NCBI GenBank assembly: GCA_963617695.1
Contig: CAVEPV010000004.1
Coordinates: 26,834-90,833 of the forward strand
Source: Bacteroidaceae bacterium
GTDB lineage: Bacteria; Actinomycetota; Coriobacteriia; Coriobacteriales; Coriobacteriaceae
DNA: 64,000 bases
Reading direction: 5' to 3'
Shown: positions 59,183 to 64,000 of the stretch, piece after piece
Layout of the letters: every line of letters starts with the position of its first letter
How positions within the stretch are numbered: position 1 is the first letter of the stretch
Notes under the pieces: generated by a model
Seen by the model: only the letters and a program-made list of their open reading frames with translations
Told to the model about the DNA's origin: nothing
The model's database searches: none
Program-made: the position numbers and the translations under genes

Positions 59183-60988
59183 CTAGAACTGGCTCTTGTA
59201 CAAATCCGCGTAGATGCCGCCCTTCGCAAGCAGTTCCTCGTGTGTACCCGACTCTGCAACGTCGCCATCGCAGAGCACCAAGATGACGTCTGCGCTCTTG
59301 ATAGTCGAAAGGCGGTGCGCGACCACAAAGCTCGTACGCCCGGCCATAAGATTGTCCATCGCACGCTGGATGCGCTCCTCGGTGCTGGTATCGACGTTCG
59401 AGGTCGCCTCGTCGAGTACGAGAATGGGGCGATCCGCAAGGATGGCGCGCGCGATAGTTAGCAGCTGCTTTTGACCTTGGCTCACGTTGGAGGCGTTCTC
59501 GTTAAGCTCAAAATCATAGCCACCCGGAAGCTGACGGATAAAGCGGTCGGCCAGTGCCGCACGGGCCGCCTCCTCCACCTGCTCATTGGTGGCCTCGGCG
59601 TTACCGTAGCGGATGTTCTCGCGCACGGTGCCTTTGAACAGCCAGGTCTCCTGCAAAACCATCGAGAAGTTGCGGCGCAAATCTTCGCGCTGGTAGTCAC
59701 GCACGTCGATACCGTTCACCTTGATAGAACCGGCATCCACGTCGTAAAAGCGCGTAGGGAGCTTCATAAGCGTAGTCTTGCCCGAACCTGAAGGGCCAAC
59801 GATGGCAACCGTCTGGCCCGGCTCGATCTTACGTGTAAAGTCGCGGATGATCGTCTTCTCGGGCACGTAGCCAAAGCGTGCGTGCTCGAACTCCACCGTA
59901 CCGGGGCGCTCGCTCGGCTCAGGGGACTTGGGTGCGTCGGTCTCTTCCCCCTCGTCCAAGAACTCAAAAACGCGCTCGGCTGCGGCAGAGAGCATCTGCA
60001 GCACGCTCGAGACCTGCGAGAGCTGTTGGAGAGGGCGCGCGAAGTTGCGCACGTACTGCGTAAAGGCCTGAACATCGCCGATAGCCACGGTGCCGTTGAT
60101 GGCCAAAAACGCGCCGGCCACCACAACGCCTACGTATCCGAGATTCGAGGCAAAACCCATGATGGGACTCATCAGACCCGAGAGGAACTGCGAGCGCCAG
60201 CCGGAGTCGTAAAGGCTGTCGTTGACCTCGTCGAACGCCTCAACGACGCGCTCGCGCGCATTGAACACCTGTATCACGTTTTGGCCCGAGAAACTCTCCT
60301 CGATAATGCCGTTCGCCTGGCCCAGACAGGCCTGCTGGCGACGGAAGTACTTCTGCGAAACGCGCACCATGATAGCGACGGCGATAAACGAGAGCGGTAC
60401 GGTGGCAAAGGCGATACCCGCAAGCATCACAGAGAGCGAGATCATCTGAGCAGCAACACCGATAACCTGGGCCGTTGAGGTGACGAGCGTCGTTATGCTC
60501 TGGTTGAGCGACTGGCTGAGGGTATCGACATCGTTGGTGACGCGCGAAAGAACATCACCCACGCTACCACGCTCAAAATAGCCAAGCGGCATGCGATCAA
60601 CCTTGGCAATGATCTCGCGGCGCAGACGGTAGCACGCGCGCTGCGAAACGCCCGTCATGAACCAGCCCTGCACCAGATTGCACAGAGCCGCAAGGATATA
60701 GACCGCAAGAGCCGTAGCGATAAGCCTTGCAAGCAGGTCGAAGTCAAGAGAACCCGTTCCCATGATCTTCGCTGAGACGCCGCGATAAAGTTCAGTTGTC
60801 GCGTTGCCCAGGATACGCGGCCCGCATACGTTGAACGCAACGGAAGCAATAGCGAACAGTACGGCAAGCACGAGCTTCACACGCTCATGCGCGATGTAGC
60901 GCGCGAGCTTAATCAACGTGCCCTTGTAATTTTTGGCCTTCTCGGTGGCGGGTCCGCGGCGCGGGCCCACGGGTCCGATCATCAGCAT
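59183..60988 (-). CDS. heterodimeric ABC exporter, TMD-NBD chain with consensus Walker B
   Basis: GPSGSGKTT, VSQGQKQ signature, LDEATSNVD, AHRLST. Confidence 0.93.
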   Translation of the reverse strand: MLMIGPVGPRRGPATEKAKNYKGTLIKLARYIAHERVKLVLAVLFAIASVAFNVCGPRILGNATTELYRGVSAKIMGTGSLDFDLLARLIATALAVYILAALCNLVQGWFMTGVSQRACYRLRREIIAKVDRMPLGYFERGSVGDVLSRVTNDVDTLSQSLNQSITTLVTSTAQVIGVAAQMISLSVMLAGIAFATVPLSFIAVAIMVRVSQKYFRRQQACLGQANGIIEESFSGQNVIQVFNARERVVEAFDEVNDSLYDSGWRSQFLSGLMSPIMGFASNLGYVGVVVAGAFLAINGTVAIGDVQAFTQYVRNFARPLQQLSQVSSVLQMLSAAAERVFEFLDEGEETDAPKSPEPSERPGTVEFEHARFGYVPEKTIIRDFTRKIEPGQTVAIVGPSGSGKTTLMKLPTRFYDVDAGSIKVNGIDVRDYQREDLRRNFSMVLQETWLFKGTVRENIRYGNAEATNEQVEEAARAALADRFIRQLPGGYDFELNENASNVSQGQKQLLTIARAILADRPILVLDEATSNVDTSTEERIQRAMDNLMAGRTSFVVAHRLSTIKSADVILVLCDGDVAESGTHEELLAKGGIYADLYKSQF

Positions 60989-63315
60989 GAGCGCATCGCC
61001 TCCCCTTCCTCAGGCTTAGTGGGAGTCGGATCGATTCCAAGCTCCTCAGCCGAGAGCTGGCTCAAGGCTATCTCGCGATAGACCGCGCAACTGTTCAAGA
61101 GTTCCTCGTGCCTGCCGAGGCCGACTACACGCCCCTCATCCAAGACGAGAATCTGTTGCGCTCCCATAACATTGGTGATGCGCTGAGCCACAAGCACCAC
61201 GGTCGAATCCCGGGCATACTCGGAAAGTCCTCGGCGAAGCTCCGCATCGGTCTTGTAGTCGAGCGCAGAGAACGAATCGTCAAACACGTACACCTTTGCA
61301 CGAGTGGCGAGGGCGCGAGCGATGGAAAGGCGCTGGCGCTGACCGCCCGAAACATTCGAACCGCCCTGCGAGATCGCGCTTTTGAAGCCGTCCTCCTTGG
61401 AGCCGATGAACTCCATCGCTTGGGCCACGTGCGCCGCCGCGGACATCTGCTCGTCAGACATGTTGGGGTCGGCGTACTTAATATTGCTCTCAACCGTGCC
61501 GGAGAAAAGCATGAGTTTTTGCGGCGCGTAGCCAATCAACCCACGGAGCTCCTCAAGCCCGATCTCGCGCACGTCGATACCGTCGATAGAGACCGAGCCC
61601 TCGGTTGCGTCGAACAGGCGCATGATCAGTTGAACAAGCGTGGTCTTGCCCGCACCGGTAAGGCCGATGATGCCGAGGGTCTCCCCCGGTCGCGCAGTGA
61701 ACGAAATGTGCTCAAGCGCCGGAAGGCCAGCCCCGGGATAGGTAAACGAAACGTCGTCAAACGAGACGACGCCATGCCATTCGCCGTCATCGTCCTGAAT
61801 CTCACCATCGACGGCACTGCCTTCAGAGGCATCGTCAGCTGCACCGACGAGCTCCTCGTACTCTACCGGGTCAAAGATGCTCGAATAAGTATCAAGAACC
61901 TCGCGCACACGCTCGGCCGCAACATCGGCGCGCGGCAGGGTCACGGCGACCATCGTGAGAACCATGAACGACCTAATCACCAGGGCCGTGTAGTTCATGT
62001 AGGCGACCAGGTCGCCAAAACGCATCACGCCGTCGTTTACGCCCTGGGCGCCAAACCAAATGATCAGCACGCTGGCGACGTTCATAACCACGAGCATGGC
62101 GGGCATCATGAACGACATGACACGGTTGGTGAAGATGTAGGTGCGCGTAAGCTCAGTGTTCGCCTCGTCGTAGCGCTCCTCCTCGTAGCGGGAGCGACCA
62201 AAGGCGCGAATGGGCACGATACCCGTCAAGATCTCGCGCGCAATCAGGTTGTTGCGGTCAACGTGCGACTGCATGCGGCGAAACTTGGGCACGGTCAGAC
62301 CCATCAAGATGCCAACGATCGCGCCAATGGCGACAATACCACCCACAAGTACCCACTGCAGCCCCGTATATCCGCGGATGATGATGCGGTAAAGAGCGCA
62401 AAGTCCCAGACAAGGCGAGAGCAGCACGGTACGCAGGAAGAGCGCCAGCATGGTCTGGATCTGCTGAATATCGTTGGTGGCGCGCGTAATCAGCGATGCG
62501 GAAGAGAACTGATCCATCTCGCGCGGGGAGAACGTGAGAACGCGCTCGTACAGGTCATGACGCAGGTCGCGAGCCACAACGGCCGCCGTACGCGCCGCGT
62601 TAAGAGTCGACGCAAATGCGCAGAAGGCCGAAAGCAGCACGTAGGCGAGCATCATCAGACCCTTTTTGATCAGATAGCTCCGCTGAATGCTCGAAAGGTC
62701 AACGCCCCGCTCGATAAGGGCCTCTTTAACGAACTCGATGGCACGAGAAGAGATATCGGCAGTGCCCGTATCGCCCATGGCGCTCATGAGCGGCACGCGT
62801 TCCTCGTATAGCACGATGCTCTTGATCATTCCCTCATCGACAAGCTGCTTAACCTCGTAGGTATAGACCTCGGAGCCGACGAGTTCGCGAGCCCCGCGAA
62901 AAACCTCATCAGAGAGATTGCCTCCCCATGAGCCAGAAAGGCCGGTTACAAAATCCTCGACGGGTACGCCCTTATCAAAGCGGTGGATCAGCGTCTCAAC
63001 GCCAGGGAGAATGGTTTCGAGCTCCGCGCGCTGTTCATCGGTTCCACTAAAGGTCACGTAGCCGTCGCCCGGAGTGTAAGCCGCCTCGACCTTTACGCGC
63101 TCGCTGGGAGACAGAAACAGAGAAAGCTGCGTGTATCGTTCGCTTGTCATCGTGTCGGGAACCACCGAGGTGATGCCCTGGCTCGAGATGCCGGTGTCAA
63201 TGATGTCCCTCATGGTTGAGGGCAGGGCAAGTTCACAGTTCGCAAGAACGAACAACAAAACGAGCGCGACCACAAGGCTCAGCTTGTGATCGAGCATGAA
63301 ACGGAGAACCTTCAC
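60982..63315 (-). CDS. heterodimeric ABC exporter, TMD-NBD chain with degenerate Walker B and large extracytoplasmic insert
   Basis: SLITRATND, GLTGAGKTT, SGGQRQR, FDDSFSALD, AQR switch; start GTG 63315 approximate. Confidence 0.9.
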   Translation of the reverse strand: MKVLRFMLDHKLSLVVALVLLFVLANCELALPSTMRDIIDTGISSQGITSVVPDTMTSERYTQLSLFLSPSERVKVEAAYTPGDGYVTFSGTDEQRAELETILPGVETLIHRFDKGVPVEDFVTGLSGSWGGNLSDEVFRGARELVGSEVYTYEVKQLVDEGMIKSIVLYEERVPLMSAMGDTGTADISSRAIEFVKEALIERGVDLSSIQRSYLIKKGLMMLAYVLLSAFCAFASTLNAARTAAVVARDLRHDLYERVLTFSPREMDQFSSASLITRATNDIQQIQTMLALFLRTVLLSPCLGLCALYRIIIRGYTGLQWVLVGGIVAIGAIVGILMGLTVPKFRRMQSHVDRNNLIAREILTGIVPIRAFGRSRYEEERYDEANTELTRTYIFTNRVMSFMMPAMLVVMNVASVLIIWFGAQGVNDGVMRFGDLVAYMNYTALVIRSFMVLTMVAVTLPRADVAAERVREVLDTYSSIFDPVEYEELVGAADDASEGSAVDGEIQDDDGEWHGVVSFDDVSFTYPGAGLPALEHISFTARPGETLGIIGLTGAGKTTLVQLIMRLFDATEGSVSIDGIDVREIGLEELRGLIGYAPQKLMLFSGTVESNIKYADPNMSDEQMSAAAHVAQAMEFIGSKEDGFKSAISQGGSNVSGGQRQRLSIARALATRAKVYVFDDSFSALDYKTDAELRRGLSEYARDSTVVLVAQRITNVMGAQQILVLDEGRVVGLGRHEELLNSCAVYREIALSQLSAEELGIDPTPTKPEEGEAMRSC

Positions 63316-63365
63316 GCACCGGCCTTCTCTCAACAAGTCGATTCAACAGGACGTGCACAACTAAT

Positions 63366-63388
63366 AAAAAAGGCACCCGAAGGTGCCT
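63366..63388 (-). terminator. intrinsic terminator after rpmB
   Basis: AGGCACC-TTCG-GGTGCCT-TTTTT with a cUUCGg tetraloop. Confidence 0.88.
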
Positions 63389-63447
63389 GTCAAGTTCGTG
63401 ACGGAGCCGACGCTGTCGGCATGTTCACGCGTGCTGCCGCTAAGAAC

Positions 63448-63636
63448 TTAGGAACGAGCGACCTTGCCAGACTTGAGGCAGGTGGTGCAGACGTTCATCT
63501 TGCGACGAGTGCCGTTAACAACAACGTAAACGCGCTGAATGTTAGGACGGAACTTACGGATGGAAACGCGGTGGGAGTGGCTGATGGAGCGACCAGCAAC
63601 AGGGTGCTTACCGCAGATCTCGCAAACTTTAGACAT
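63448..63636 (-). CDS. rpmB: 50S ribosomal protein L28
   Basis: MSKVCEICGK...GRSISHSH...RKFRPNIQ...VCTTCLKSGKV; SD AAGGAGG. Confidence 0.97.
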   Translation of the reverse strand: MSKVCEICGKHPVAGRSISHSHRVSIRKFRPNIQRVYVVVNGTRRKMNVCTTCLKSGKVARS

Positions 63637-63938
63637 GGTGTATACCCTCCTTGGGCGGCTAGACGTGAATGCCGCGTGAACAAACAGCGATAGACTATAC
63701 CACAAACAAAGCGTGGTACTCGATTTTTACACAACGAACTTGGTAAAAGGAGCTGGAGCAGAGAGCCCCTCGGTCGTGCGCGCAGAAATAATACTCCACA
63801 TCCACCGGTACGCAAGGAGAATTGTCTAAAAACGCGCACGTCAGACGAATCAAACGTAGATATATGTAACCGATGACAAGGCCCCGGGCACGCAAACTCA
63901 ATCCCCTACTGAGATCTAGTTATATAGTCGAATATTCA

Positions 63939-63952
63939 TTGAAACGTTTCAA
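63939..63952. promoter_or_regulatory. LacI/GalR-family (cre-like) operator
   Basis: perfect palindrome TTGAAACGTTTCAA in an AT-rich stretch at the window end. Confidence 0.6.
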
Positions 63953-64000
63953 GATATTAATTTGCTCAACAATTGGCATACAGACTGCTTTTACACGATG

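Noticed and set aside
63813..63869. Small + strand ORF (TTG start, SKNAHVRRIKRRYM) after AAGGAG
   Set aside because: SD-to-start spacing is only about 2 nt and there is no other support
1..64000. CRISPR arrays, tRNA/rRNA genes, transposases, integrases, prophage or defence genes
   Set aside because: No spaced direct repeats, cloverleaf T/D-loop motifs or such protein motifs seen; nearly all sequence is explained by housekeeping CDS

Overview
High-GC, gene-dense core-genome segment with about 59 CDS, mostly on the - strand. Gene content and order best fit a Coriobacteriia actinobacterium, possibly Collinsella-like; this is an inference, not a database result. In order: a + strand shikimate/Phe operon (aroB-aroA-aroC-pheA-aroE/aroK fusion-aroQ); a long - strand block (alaS-ruvX-mltG-yqeG-aroK-degenerate aroB-Xaa-Pro peptidase-efp-carboxyltransferase/BCCP-accC-asp23-nusB-xseB-tlyA-nadK-recN); a SigB/SigF-type sigma/anti-sigma operon; rarA, a dNTPase, an A24 peptidase and a GT2; ileS-lspA-rluD behind a full-length transcriptional Ile T-box; a glycerol-dehydrogenase-family gene, ftsH, cobO, MATE, TrmH, thyA-folA; and rpmB-(ABC pair)-asp23-fakA-recG-rsmD-coaD-sepIVA-like-yceD-rpmF-plsX-acpP-rnc-smc-ftsY-ffh. 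I found no rRNA, tRNA, CRISPR, prophage or transposase. The best leads are: (1) an intact AroB paralogue that has lost its catalytic residues and is coupled to aroK; (2) a perfect internal Shine-Dalgarno plus GTG at the AccB-like boundary inside the carboxyltransferase-BCCP gene; (3) a T-box with a non-consensus UGGUUAA bulge; (4) a recurring GnnTA-N14/15-(G/T)GGTAT promoter-like motif suggesting a small alternative-sigma regulon; (5) two unexplained long intergenic hairpins. All calls come from reading motifs by eye; no searches were run.
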